In this document: positions 16,716 through 26,114 of the stretch, piece by piece
Position numbering within the stretch: position 1 is the stretch's first letter
Layout of the letters: every line of letters begins with the position of its first letter
Source of the DNA: Clostridia bacterium
GTDB taxonomy: Bacteria > Bacillota > Clostridia > UMGS1840 > HGM11507
Length of the DNA: 36,932 bases
Direction of reading: 5' to 3'
Assembly: GCA_045654825.1 (NCBI GenBank)
Contig: JAZOOC010000296.1
Coordinates: forward strand, 1-36,932
The notes under the pieces: model-generated
Databases searched by the model: none
What the model saw: the letters and a program-made list of their open reading frames with translations, nothing else
Told to the model about the DNA's origin: nothing
Made by a program: the position numbers and the translations under genes

Positions 16716-17609
16716 TTATTTAGTTATACTTTTTATAAGACTGCTAACATTCTTTTCATGAACTTCATATTTGTTGTTTCTGTATTCTCTCGGTGTCTGA
16801 TTTGTATGCTTCTTAAATACCTTTGAAAAATATTTACTGTCAGAAAAAGAAAGCATATTTGCAATTTGTGATATTGGTATTTTTGATTTTTCAAGATAAT
16901 ATGAAGCCATTGCAATTCGTTTGCTCACAGCGTATTTCATAGGCGTTGTGTGATATTTACTTTCAAATATTCTAAGCACCTGTGTTTTAGAGAGGAAAAA
17001 GTAGTTTGCCAGTTCATCTAAAGTGAAATCACGGTATAAATTTCGGTCTATATAGTTAAGAATTTGTCCTGCTCTGTCAGTATTGTTAAAGTCATAGTCT
17101 TTAATTTTCTGGCGGTTAATCTGCTGAACTATTTTTAGTAGCTCTGATGCAACCTTTTCATAAGCAGTATTCACATCATTTTCAACCTTTTCAAGTGCCG
17201 AAAGAATGTTTAAAAAATTCTCTTTAACATCTGTTCTGCTTATTATAAGCGATGCCGTCATATCATATGCGTTAACAATACCGTCAATAAGCGGTCCTCC
17301 GACGGTAATCCATAGCTTTTCCATAGGGTTATCCTTGTCGGAATAGTAAATTCTCTCTCTTGATTTATGAAGGAAGAAAAAATCTCCCGCACCAACGGTA
17401 TTCGTTTTTCCGTCTGCAATAATATACCCCTTTCCTGAAACAACATACTCAAACTGATAGCGGTCAAAACTGTTTTCTAGTGAAATATTATGAGCCATAA
17501 TATAGTTCGGATTAGGCATAGTAATGCCCGAAAGGTATATGTTAAATGGCGCATTTTCCTGCTCCGGAGACATATAATATATTTTTTCGTTTTTTAAATT
17601 ATAATACAT
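16716..17609 (-). CDS. AraC-family transcriptional regulator (cupin sensor plus HTH)
   Basis: Start trimmed to ATG 17609 (GGGAG RBS). N-terminal cupin (YVVSGKGYIIADGKTNTVGAGDFFFL) and a C-terminal double HTH (LDELANYFFLSKTQVLRIFE...FSDSKYFSKVFKKHTNQTPREYR). Confidence 0.85.
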   Translation of the reverse strand: MYYNLKNEKIYYMSPEQENAPFNIYLSGITMPNPNYIMAHNISLENSFDRYQFEYVVSGKGYIIADGKTNTVGAGDFFFLHKSRERIYYSDKDNPMEKLWITVGGPLIDGIVNAYDMTASLIISRTDVKENFLNILSALEKVENDVNTAYEKVASELLKIVQQINRQKIKDYDFNNTDRAGQILNYIDRNLYRDFTLDELANYFFLSKTQVLRIFESKYHTTPMKYAVSKRIAMASYYLEKSKIPISQIANMLSFSDSKYFSKVFKKHTNQTPREYRNNKYEVHEKNVSSLIKSITK

Positions 17610-17736
17610 AATCTGCTCCCATGTTAATTTTTTACACCTTTTTGCTTTTTTTGTCCGTTTACTAACTTGTAATAATATAATAAACTTAAAATAGTAAAAT
17701 GTCAAATTATTTACATTGAAAGGAAGAGTTTTTAAA

Positions 17737-19335
17737 ATGAAAGCTTGTGTAATTCAGACACCATATTCAACCGATTATTCAAAATCCGATGAATATTTTG
17801 AAATAACATTAAGCTATTTGGATAAATGTGATTCATCAATGGATATAATTGTCCTTCCTGAATCCTGTGATGTTCCATGTCTTGCCAAAACAAAAGAAGA
17901 AAGCGAGACAAGTGTGGAAAAATATTGCTCTGTTCTTCTTAATAGGGTTTCGGATACTGCCAAAAGATGCAATGCAATTATTTTTGTAAATGCCCGTTTC
18001 AAAACCGAAAACGGCTACCGTAACACAACCTATGCTTTCAACAGAAACGGCGAAATTGTCGGCAAATATTTTAAGGAACATCTTGTGCCGAGCGAAGTTT
18101 CTGTTATGAAGCTTGATAGTGGCTACACTTTTAAACACACAGATCCCTGTACTATTGAAATAGATGGAATACGATTTGCTTTCCTCACATGCTACGATTT
18201 TTATTTCTATGAAAATTTTGCTAATATAGCAAGAAAAAAAGCCGATATAATTATTGGCTGCTCACATCAAAGGAGCGACACTCATCAGGCACTTGAAATA
18301 ATAACAAGATTTCTTGCCTACAACACAAATGCCTATGTTCTCCGTGCGTCTGTTTCTATGGACGAAAATTCGAACATTGGCGGAGGAAGCATGATAGTTT
18401 CACCCGATGGCACAATTCTAAAGAATATGGAAAGTCGCATTGGTCTTGAAACTGCTGATATTGATATAAACAAAAAATATTATAAGCCTGCAGGTTATGG
18501 GAATCCTCCCGCAGCTCACTGGGAATACATAGAAAAAGGTCGACGTCCATGGAAATATCGCCCTGCCGGAAGCTCTGTGGTGCAGTATGATGATACTATG
18601 CCATACCCAAGGGTTTGCGCTCACAGGGGCTTCAACACCATAGCACCCGAAAATTCCATGCCCGCATTTGGTGCCGCAGTTGCTATGGGGGCAGATGAAA
18701 TTGAATTTGACCTTTGGCAGACCAAAGATGGTGAAATAGTTTTAATTCATGATTCAAAGCTTGACCGTGTGTCTGATGGGTCAGGTGTTGTGAGTGAACT
18801 CACCTACAGCGAGATATTAAAATATGATTTTGGTGTAAAATTTGGAATTTCATTTAAGAATATGAAAATTCTTAAATTTGAAAATATATTAAAAAAGCTT
18901 GCCGGTCAGGTTATAATGAATATCCACATAAAAACTCTGTCCGATGAATATAGCACAGACGCAATGAAAAAAATAGTTGCCCTCATAAGAAAATACAATT
19001 GCGAAAAGCATGTGTATTTTATGATTACCCACGATGGGGTAATTAAAAAATTTAAAGATTACGCTCCCGATATAAATATATGCGTTGGTCATCTTAAAGA
19101 CAGACCCTGGGATATAGTCGAAAGGGCAATAGAGCTTGGCTGCAAAAAGGTTCAGCTTTTTAAACCCTATTTTAATAAGAAAATGATAGATAAGGCTCAT
19201 TTTCATGGTATAAGATGCAATGTTTTCTGGTCGGATGATCCCGAAGAAACAAAAGAATTTCTTGAAATGGGTATAGATACTATTCTTACAAATGACTATA
19301 ACATAATATCGCATGTGGTAAAATCCACCTGTTGA
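17737..19335 (+). CDS. fusion protein: carbon-nitrogen hydrolase (nitrilase superfamily) N-domain plus glycerophosphodiester phosphodiesterase (GDPD) C-domain
   Basis: Start at ATG 17737. The CN-hydrolase E-K-C triad context is VLPES, YFKEHL and AFLTCYDF (nt 17737 to ~18480). The GDPD region is VCAHRGFNTIAPENSMPAF, ADEIEFDLWQTKDGEIVLIHD (nt ~18604-19332). No signal peptide. Confidence 0.8.
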   Translation: MKACVIQTPYSTDYSKSDEYFEITLSYLDKCDSSMDIIVLPESCDVPCLAKTKEESETSVEKYCSVLLNRVSDTAKRCNAIIFVNARFKTENGYRNTTYAFNRNGEIVGKYFKEHLVPSEVSVMKLDSGYTFKHTDPCTIEIDGIRFAFLTCYDFYFYENFANIARKKADIIIGCSHQRSDTHQALEIITRFLAYNTNAYVLRASVSMDENSNIGGGSMIVSPDGTILKNMESRIGLETADIDINKKYYKPAGYGNPPAAHWEYIEKGRRPWKYRPAGSSVVQYDDTMPYPRVCAHRGFNTIAPENSMPAFGAAVAMGADEIEFDLWQTKDGEIVLIHDSKLDRVSDGSGVVSELTYSEILKYDFGVKFGISFKNMKILKFENILKKLAGQVIMNIHIKTLSDEYSTDAMKKIVALIRKYNCEKHVYFMITHDGVIKKFKDYAPDINICVGHLKDRPWDIVERAIELGCKKVQLFKPYFNKKMIDKAHFHGIRCNVFWSDDPEETKEFLEMGIDTILTNDYNIISHVVKSTC

Positions 19336-19386
19336 CCTGATTATATAATTATTATTTAATTGTATTATAAGTGAGGTAATCTGAAA

Positions 19387-20748
19387 ATGAACGAACACCT
19401 GATAAAATACCACATAACTCCTCGTGTTGTTAAAACGGGTTGTATGCAGAAAATAACTGTTGAAGCTTTGGATAAAACCTATTGCTTTTATGACGATATT
19501 GAATATATTGTCAGTATAACCTGTAAGGAGGATGGCTGGGAATATAATGATGAAGAACCGCTTCTGCACTCCGGGCGTATCAACACATATAGCTTTAATG
19601 TTCCATGCGTAAATGGAAAAGTATCATTTGAATATAACTACAAATTTGAAAGCATATATAAAATAAACATTGCCCCCGCAAACGATAAGCACATTGCGGA
19701 CAGGGCCACCAGATTCGGTTTTACATATCACCCCGAAAAAATCATGGCAGGCTTTGATTTTTGCATATATGCTTTAAATGATGACCTGTATAGCCTGAAA
19801 CCCTTTAAAGGCGACCTGCATGTTCACAGCACTGGTTCAGACGGCCAGGAGTGTCCAGCACTCACAGCGGCAGAGTTTCGAAAAAAAGGCTATGACTATA
19901 TGGCTGTTACCGACCACTATGAAATGGAACCTACCTATAGAGCTATAGAGGCTATTGAAAATCTTCCCACATCTATGAAGCTCTTCCCCGGAGAAGAGGT
20001 ACACCCGTTTTTTAAAGGTATTTTTCATGTGGTTAATTTTAACGGTAAAAAAAGCGTAAACGATATGGCACATATCGACCGTGAAAAAACCCTGGCAGAG
20101 GTTGAGAAAATATTTGCTTCTCTTGACATAGAAAATGAAACCGTTCGCCGTGAGCTTGCGTGGTTCACATGGATAGATAAAAAAATTAAAGAGTCAGGCG
20201 GCATTACCATCTTTCCTCATCCATACTGGGAGATTAAAAGCTCCTATGTTGTGAGAGAATCAACTGTTGATGAAATTTTTAAACGCAGACTTTTTGACGT
20301 GTTTGAATTCTACGGCGGAAATAATTCCAAACGAAACAGAATGCAGGCACAGCTTTATTATAAATATGGAAGCGATACCCATTCTATGCCGATTGTCGGC
20401 TCCTCAGACAGTCATCAGACCTTGCTTGAAGATCACCGCTTTGATTTGAGATGGACAATCACATTTTCCGAATCTGCAGACGATATACCCGCTAATGTTT
20501 TAAAGGGCAATTCTGTTGTTGTAGATAATTATGAAGAAAATTCAAAAAACATCTACGGTGATTTAAGGCTTGTAAAATATGCATGGTTTTTAATTGAAAA
20601 TTATTATGGTATCCACGATACACTTTGTGATGCAGCAGGACAGGCAATAGTAAGATGTGTTCTTGGTGTTGTTAATCAAAAAGATCTTGTTGAAGCTCTC
20701 GAAAATGAGATAGATAAATTTAACAACAGTTTCTTTGGTAAAGCTTGA
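19387..20748 (+). CDS. PHP-domain (polymerase/histidinol-phosphatase-like) metal-dependent phosphoesterase with N-terminal beta-sandwich
   Basis: FKGDLHVHSTGSDGQ, YMAVTDHY, FPHPYW and VGSSDSH are histidine/aspartate clusters typical of PHP / CehA-McbA-type metallohydrolases. Confidence 0.7.
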   Translation: MNEHLIKYHITPRVVKTGCMQKITVEALDKTYCFYDDIEYIVSITCKEDGWEYNDEEPLLHSGRINTYSFNVPCVNGKVSFEYNYKFESIYKINIAPANDKHIADRATRFGFTYHPEKIMAGFDFCIYALNDDLYSLKPFKGDLHVHSTGSDGQECPALTAAEFRKKGYDYMAVTDHYEMEPTYRAIEAIENLPTSMKLFPGEEVHPFFKGIFHVVNFNGKKSVNDMAHIDREKTLAEVEKIFASLDIENETVRRELAWFTWIDKKIKESGGITIFPHPYWEIKSSYVVRESTVDEIFKRRLFDVFEFYGGNNSKRNRMQAQLYYKYGSDTHSMPIVGSSDSHQTLLEDHRFDLRWTITFSESADDIPANVLKGNSVVVDNYEENSKNIYGDLRLVKYAWFLIENYYGIHDTLCDAAGQAIVRCVLGVVNQKDLVEALENEIDKFNNSFFGKA

Positions 20749-20761
20749 AAGGAGAGGTTTT

Positions 20762-23377
20762 ATGTTTAAGCAAAAATTTAAAACAATAGTATCGGTAATT
20801 CTTTGCATGCTGATGCTCACGCAGGGGTTTGTATTTGCAAGTGAAGAGGAGAGCACCGAAGTTTTTTTATATGAAAATGAGCTTAAGTTTATAACAAAGC
20901 TTGGTGTTACAAATGGCGAAGATTTTGATTCCTCGGCAGAATTAAGCAGATCTGAGGCTGCGCACATTGCAGTGAAAATGCTTAACTACGATAATGTAAG
21001 CATTCCTGCAGACAGCATTTTTAACGATGTAAGCACATCAGACGATTATTTCGAAGATATTATGAATGCTGCATCACTCGGAATTATAAACGGTTATCCG
21101 AATGCATATTTTATGCCCGAAAATTCGGTAACATATATGCAGTTCTATAAAATTTTAATTTCTGTTCTAGGCTACAGCAAATTTGCCGATGTAAAAGGCG
21201 GCTATCCTTCGGGATATATGAGATTTGTAAATGAGCTTGAATTAGGTGACGGTATTAAAGCCTCGCTTGATGATAATCTTAAATGGGGCGACGCGGTACA
21301 TATCATATATAACGCATTAAACACAGGGCTTTGCGAAGCAGACTCCGTCTATATAACCGATGGAGAAACAGGTCTTGACTATTATGTGAACGACAGTGTA
21401 ACACTTCTTTCCCGATATCACAGTATCTATCGCACACAAGGCGTTGTAACAGCCACAGCAATAAGCTCTCTCACAAATGCAAATTCAGGTCTTTCAATTG
21501 GTGAAATTGAACTTGGCACAAAAATATATAAAGGCGCCGCTGTCGGTGATTATGATAAGCTTGGATTTAATGCAGATTTATATTATAAAGAAGGAAACGA
21601 AATCTTCTTTATTCTTGAAAACACTTATGAAAATAATGTTCAGGTTTTAAAGGATGAAGATATCCTTGATTTTAATATGGATACAGGCAGCTACGAAATT
21701 GAAAAAGGAAACAGCATTAAAACTGTTTCTCTCTCCAAAACTGTTGATGTAATCGTAAACGAAAAAGCCTGTCCCACATATCTCCGTGAGGATATGCTTC
21801 CATCCTGCGGTGAAGTTTGCCTTATAGATAATTCGGGCGATGGTAAAGCAGATGTTGTTAAGGTAACCTCTTATGAACACTATGTTGTATCAGGAGTAGA
21901 TACAGTTAATGGGAATATCTATTCCAAGAATAGACTTGACACTTTAAATCTTAATATAAATGATGATGATGTAATCGTCTCTCTCTCCGAAAGTGAAGAC
22001 GAATTTTCTTATTCGCTTCTTGAAATAGACACAGTCATAAGTGTTGCCGTTTCAAATAATATGCAGGGTGTGAGATATGCTAAAATGTATATTTCACGCG
22101 AAAGCGCAGAGGGTGAAATAAGCGAACTTGCTTCCGACTATGAATACATAAGCCTTGGCGGAGAACAATATTTTATTGATAAGGCATATAGTGAAGCACT
22201 CAGATTAAGTGGATTCTCTCTTATTAAGCCTTCAAAATTTGTCGAACTTAAAATTAATGCCTTTGGTAAGGTTATATATATCGACACCGACGCTGTTAAA
22301 GGAAAAAACTATGGCTTTATGATGGATATTGCAGCTCCCGGTGTAGGTCTTGACCAAAGTTATCAGGTAAGAATACTTGATGATAACGGCGAATTGCAGA
22401 TTTATAAATGTGATAAAAGCGTTAATGTTGATGATAGTCCTGTTGCCCCCGAAAATCTTGAAAGTGCTCTTACCTATACCTTCACCTACACAGGTGGAAG
22501 CGTACCAACAGTAAGACAGCTTGTAACATATGAGGTAACAAACGAAGCTATATTAAAGGAAATTAATACCTATCAAGAATTTGGAACAAATATAAATTCA
22601 ATCTTTATCCGTGGAACACACTTTGGCAAAAGCACACGTCTTGAATCAAGCGCGCCTGTGTTTGTTATTCCCAATGATTCAAATATCAACACAACAGACA
22701 TAGAAACAGGCTTTATGGTTAAAAAAGCAGGAGATTATGGTGCAGATGTCAGTCATAAAATGGAATTTTTCGATTATAACGAACTTCGCTATGCGGGAGC
22801 TGCTGTAAAATACATAGCCTTTGGCTCAAAATCTGCAGAGCTTGACGACGAAATTCCTTTAACAATTATCACATCTGTAACAACTGCAGTTGACGAACTG
22901 GGCGACGAGGTTCCCAAAATTCAGGGCTTGCAGCTTGGAAAACCGGTTGAAGCATTTCTTTATGATAAATTTATAACCTACAGAAACAGAGAGGGAAGCC
23001 TTGTTGGTTCTTACACACCTCAGAAAAATGATGTAATTGCCTACACAACCGACGCCAATGGCAAGGTAAATCTTATAGTGCTTTTCTATAGAGACGGCGA
23101 TAAAGATAATAAATTCCTCTATAGTTCCCACGATGCGGGCAGATTTGATGGTATAATGACAGTCCTTTCAGGCAGGGTAGAACAGTTTGCAAATGGAAAA
23201 GATATCGTAATAAATTCTACCGACATTATCGCAAACGGCTCAGCCCCTACATCAATAACCGTTATAAATTCCAAAGGTGCCTATGCAGGAACCATTGCCG
23301 ATGTTTCAATCGGAGATTTTGTACTTGGCAGACTCCGTTATGGCAACATCAAGGAATATGTTGTTATAAGAAATTAA
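20762..23377 (+). CDS. secreted protein with N-terminal SLH-like repeats and a large unassigned beta-rich body
   Basis: Start at ATG 20762 after AAAGGAGAGG, with signal peptide MFKQKFKTIVSVILCMLMLTQGFVFA. SLH-like repeats lie at nt ~20867-21319 (FNDVSTSDDYFEDIMNAASLGIINGYPNAYFMPENSVTYMQFYKIL). The remaining ~650 aa have no motif I can place. Confidence 0.65.
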   Translation: MFKQKFKTIVSVILCMLMLTQGFVFASEEESTEVFLYENELKFITKLGVTNGEDFDSSAELSRSEAAHIAVKMLNYDNVSIPADSIFNDVSTSDDYFEDIMNAASLGIINGYPNAYFMPENSVTYMQFYKILISVLGYSKFADVKGGYPSGYMRFVNELELGDGIKASLDDNLKWGDAVHIIYNALNTGLCEADSVYITDGETGLDYYVNDSVTLLSRYHSIYRTQGVVTATAISSLTNANSGLSIGEIELGTKIYKGAAVGDYDKLGFNADLYYKEGNEIFFILENTYENNVQVLKDEDILDFNMDTGSYEIEKGNSIKTVSLSKTVDVIVNEKACPTYLREDMLPSCGEVCLIDNSGDGKADVVKVTSYEHYVVSGVDTVNGNIYSKNRLDTLNLNINDDDVIVSLSESEDEFSYSLLEIDTVISVAVSNNMQGVRYAKMYISRESAEGEISELASDYEYISLGGEQYFIDKAYSEALRLSGFSLIKPSKFVELKINAFGKVIYIDTDAVKGKNYGFMMDIAAPGVGLDQSYQVRILDDNGELQIYKCDKSVNVDDSPVAPENLESALTYTFTYTGGSVPTVRQLVTYEVTNEAILKEINTYQEFGTNINSIFIRGTHFGKSTRLESSAPVFVIPNDSNINTTDIETGFMVKKAGDYGADVSHKMEFFDYNELRYAGAAVKYIAFGSKSAELDDEIPLTIITSVTTAVDELGDEVPKIQGLQLGKPVEAFLYDKFITYRNREGSLVGSYTPQKNDVIAYTTDANGKVNLIVLFYRDGDKDNKFLYSSHDAGRFDGIMTVLSGRVEQFANGKDIVINSTDIIANGSAPTSITVINSKGAYAGTIADVSIGDFVLGRLRYGNIKEYVVIRN

Positions 23378-23435
23378 AACGAATACTTTAAATCAGAATT
23401 TTACAACCATTATATAAAGATTGGAGAGTTTTCGT

Positions 23436-26096
23436 ATGAAAAGATTTTTAAATTTAGCCCTCACGGCAATTATGCTTTTAAATACGCTTTGCACATTGTC
23501 TTTTGCTTCATCGGGCAGTGGTCAGCCTGTAACAGAAAGCTATATTTCAATAGCCGATGGCGGCTATGATTCATATCCCACATGGAAAGGAAACACCATA
23601 AATTTTTCTATAAGCCGTAAAAATATATATACAAGTGCTATAACACGTTGCGGGTTTATTAAGTTTGATTTAACCCCTGTAAGACAAAAGCTTAATAATG
23701 ACTATGTTGTATCAAGCGCTGAGGTTAAACTGACGGTATATAATTCAACCTCCGATACTAACCAGAGAGTTGCTCTTTATGCCTATAACAGCGACGGATG
23801 GTCAGATGAAATTCCGGCAACACCCCTTAGCGGAACATCTCTTTCAGATGTAAATACCCACATTGTTTCCAAAGACCCTGCCAACCCTTCAAATAACTAT
23901 GTTGTTATTCAGGCATCTGTAGAGAAGACCGATGAAACCCATCCCACCTACACTCTTGATGTAACAGACCACTTTAAACAAGAGCTTGCAAAACCTTCAG
24001 ATAACGAGCTTTCCTTTGAGGTTAACTACAGAACCTCAGGAACATCAAAAACCTACTCTTTCTACACAAAGGAATTCACGGGTGATGTGTCATATAAGCC
24101 AACTCTTGTTGTAACCTATAAACCAAAGGAATATAAAAGTGCAGTTACAAGGGTTCTTGTAAACGGTGAAAACAAGGGTCTTTCCGATGGCACAGCAAAT
24201 GTAAGCGTGGAAATGAAATCATGGGATGATGAATCTCATTCAGCCTGCCTTTTTGGTGCACTCTATAAAAAAGATGCTCTTGGAAATGAAATAATGACAG
24301 ACATTAAGGCAATAGATTCCTTAACCCTCACCAAAAACATCCCCGTAAATAAAAGCATCACACTCTCTGTTCCGTCGGATGCCGACTATTTTGCAAGAGT
24401 GTGGGTAACAGACTCTATCGGTAGCGCAAAGGTTTTTTCCAATGAATTTGAAATCACATCCGCTGGCATTACCTCTGATGGCTCTAAAAGCCCCATAAAT
24501 AAATTTATTCTCACAAATGCTTTCGCTTCCGTAAACCGCACAAATGGCGGCATAAACATTTCTGCCGATATATCGGGCGCCAATAAGCCTTTTGGAGTGC
24601 TTGTTTTAAAGGACGGAGTTGACCCCGGGGAACTCACGGCTTCAAATATATCAGAAAACGTTTGTTATGCATCTGCGGCTGCAGGCGAGCTTGCAGTGAA
24701 CTTTAAGCTTGCAGATGAAACCATTATCTATGATGATTTTAAAGTATATGTTGATAATATGGGAATGGCTTCACAGGAAGAGTTAAGCTTCACGTATTAT
24801 CTTGACTCTCTTCCAGACCAGGTGTTTGGTCTTATGAAGACTGCTACCTCCGATGGCGAATTGGCAAATATTCTTGAAACCTATAGTTCACTTATTGGAA
24901 TCACAATATATGATGAAGTAACAATGGCATCTATGGCTTCAGCGCTTTACCCTGTAAATGACGAAAATATCACAAAGTTTTCAGAAAGATACACTATGGC
25001 AGCTGCAACTCAGATTCTTACTCTTGCCGCTGATTCCGCAGGAGCAATGAGTGCATATAATCGTTTTGCTGATGTATTTAACATCAATTCTTCGTTAAAA
25101 TTTTCTTTAGCAAATCCCAATCTTCCCGCATTTGCAAAAGAAGGATTTTATACACTTGCGGCAAATAACACTTTCACTACTTCAAATGTTAAATCAAAGT
25201 TGGAAACACTATTTATAAAAGCTGCAGTAACAAATGCTCCCCGCTATGGTGATCTTTCTGCAGTTTTTCAAAAAACAAATCTTATAGGTGGATATTTTGA
25301 TACCTCGTTTAATGCATCAAAATATGCTCAGCTGAAATCAAAGGACAATTTTTATAAAAAGCTCATACTCCTTCCTCTTGACACAGTAGATAATATAAAA
25401 TCTTCAATTATATCTGCGGCAGCTTCGGCATATACCGAGGAAAATCCGCCATCTTCCCAGTCGCAAACTATGGTATCCAGACCTGTCGGAAGCATAAGCT
25501 CACCATCTGTGTCAGTTCCTTCGGTTAATCCCAATTCACCCGCACCTCAGACGCCTTCGGTCAATTCAAGCTTTGCTGATGTAACAAAAGATATGTGGAT
25601 GTTCGAATATGTATCCGAATTAAGCAAAAAGGGTGTAGTATCTGGTTACGAAGATGGCTCTTTCCGTCCCGAAAAAACAATTACCCGTGAAGAATTTGTA
25701 AAGCTTATCTGTGAAGCGGCACAAATTAAAAACGAAAATGCGAAATTTGATTTTGACGACATTGAAACATCAAGATGGTCTTATAAATATATTGCAGCAG
25801 CAGTGAACGCCGGAATAGTAAATGGCATAAGCAAAAATACATTTGCTCCTGTTGAGAATATCACAAGGCAGGATGCCGCAGTTATAATAAGTCGTGTTCT
25901 TGGTGAAAAAGAAGCAAAAGCTTCAAAAACCTTTGCTGATGCAGATAGCGTTTCGGCTTATGCAATAAATGCAGTAGAAATTCTTTCTTCGCTTGGCATC
26001 TTAACAGGCGATAATAGCGGAAACTTCCGTCCTCAAGATAGTCTTACCAGAGCAGAAACCTGTGCCCTTATAAGTCGCTTTATTAAATTTCTTTAA
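23436..26096 (+). CDS. cell-surface protein: recurrent N-terminal module, beta-sandwich, helical region, Pro/Ser linker, three C-terminal SLH domains
   Basis: Start at ATG 23436, with signal peptide MKRFLNLALTAIMLLNTLCTLSFA. Three SLH repeats at nt 25572-26093 (FADVTKDMWMFEYVSELSKKGVVSGYEDGSFRPEKTITREEF; FDDIETSRWSYKYIAAAVNAGIVNG..; FADADSVSAYAINAVEILSSLGILTGD..). No catalytic motif recognised. Confidence 0.75.
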   Translation: MKRFLNLALTAIMLLNTLCTLSFASSGSGQPVTESYISIADGGYDSYPTWKGNTINFSISRKNIYTSAITRCGFIKFDLTPVRQKLNNDYVVSSAEVKLTVYNSTSDTNQRVALYAYNSDGWSDEIPATPLSGTSLSDVNTHIVSKDPANPSNNYVVIQASVEKTDETHPTYTLDVTDHFKQELAKPSDNELSFEVNYRTSGTSKTYSFYTKEFTGDVSYKPTLVVTYKPKEYKSAVTRVLVNGENKGLSDGTANVSVEMKSWDDESHSACLFGALYKKDALGNEIMTDIKAIDSLTLTKNIPVNKSITLSVPSDADYFARVWVTDSIGSAKVFSNEFEITSAGITSDGSKSPINKFILTNAFASVNRTNGGINISADISGANKPFGVLVLKDGVDPGELTASNISENVCYASAAAGELAVNFKLADETIIYDDFKVYVDNMGMASQEELSFTYYLDSLPDQVFGLMKTATSDGELANILETYSSLIGITIYDEVTMASMASALYPVNDENITKFSERYTMAAATQILTLAADSAGAMSAYNRFADVFNINSSLKFSLANPNLPAFAKEGFYTLAANNTFTTSNVKSKLETLFIKAAVTNAPRYGDLSAVFQKTNLIGGYFDTSFNASKYAQLKSKDNFYKKLILLPLDTVDNIKSSIISAAASAYTEENPPSSQSQTMVSRPVGSISSPSVSVPSVNPNSPAPQTPSVNSSFADVTKDMWMFEYVSELSKKGVVSGYEDGSFRPEKTITREEFVKLICEAAQIKNENAKFDFDDIETSRWSYKYIAAAVNAGIVNGISKNTFAPVENITRQDAAVIISRVLGEKEAKASKTFADADSVSAYAINAVEILSSLGILTGDNSGNFRPQDSLTRAETCALISRFIKFL
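23526..24125 (+). repeat. recurrent ~200-aa module, copy A (protein-level repeat)
   Basis: ISIADGGYDSYPTW ... RCGFIKFDL ... VSSAEVKLTVY ... RVALYAYNSDGWSDE ... LDVTDHF ... LSFEV ... YKPTLVVTY. Confidence 0.7.
25572..26093 (+). other. triple SLH (S-layer homology) cell-wall anchoring region
   Basis: Three ~55-60-aa repeats, each with F-x-D...G-(I/V)-(V/L)-x-G...F-x-P...(I/L)-T-R-x-(E/D), preceded by a Pro/Ser-rich linker (PPSSQSQ..SSPSVSVPSVNPNSPAPQTPS). Confidence 0.85.
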
Positions 26097-26114
26097 TATA
26101 AAGGATGAAATAAA

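Noticed and set aside
18889-19569. 226-aa minus-strand ORF, with many other 60-130-aa ORFs antisense to or out of frame with the large genes (e.g. 520-735, 4569-4844, 5801-6148, 11498-11890, 20590-20967).
   Set aside because: They lie inside or opposite much longer ORFs with clear family motifs. They have low-complexity or Cys/Phe/Ile-rich translations, no RBS and no recognisable motifs. They are typical shadow ORFs of AT-rich DNA.
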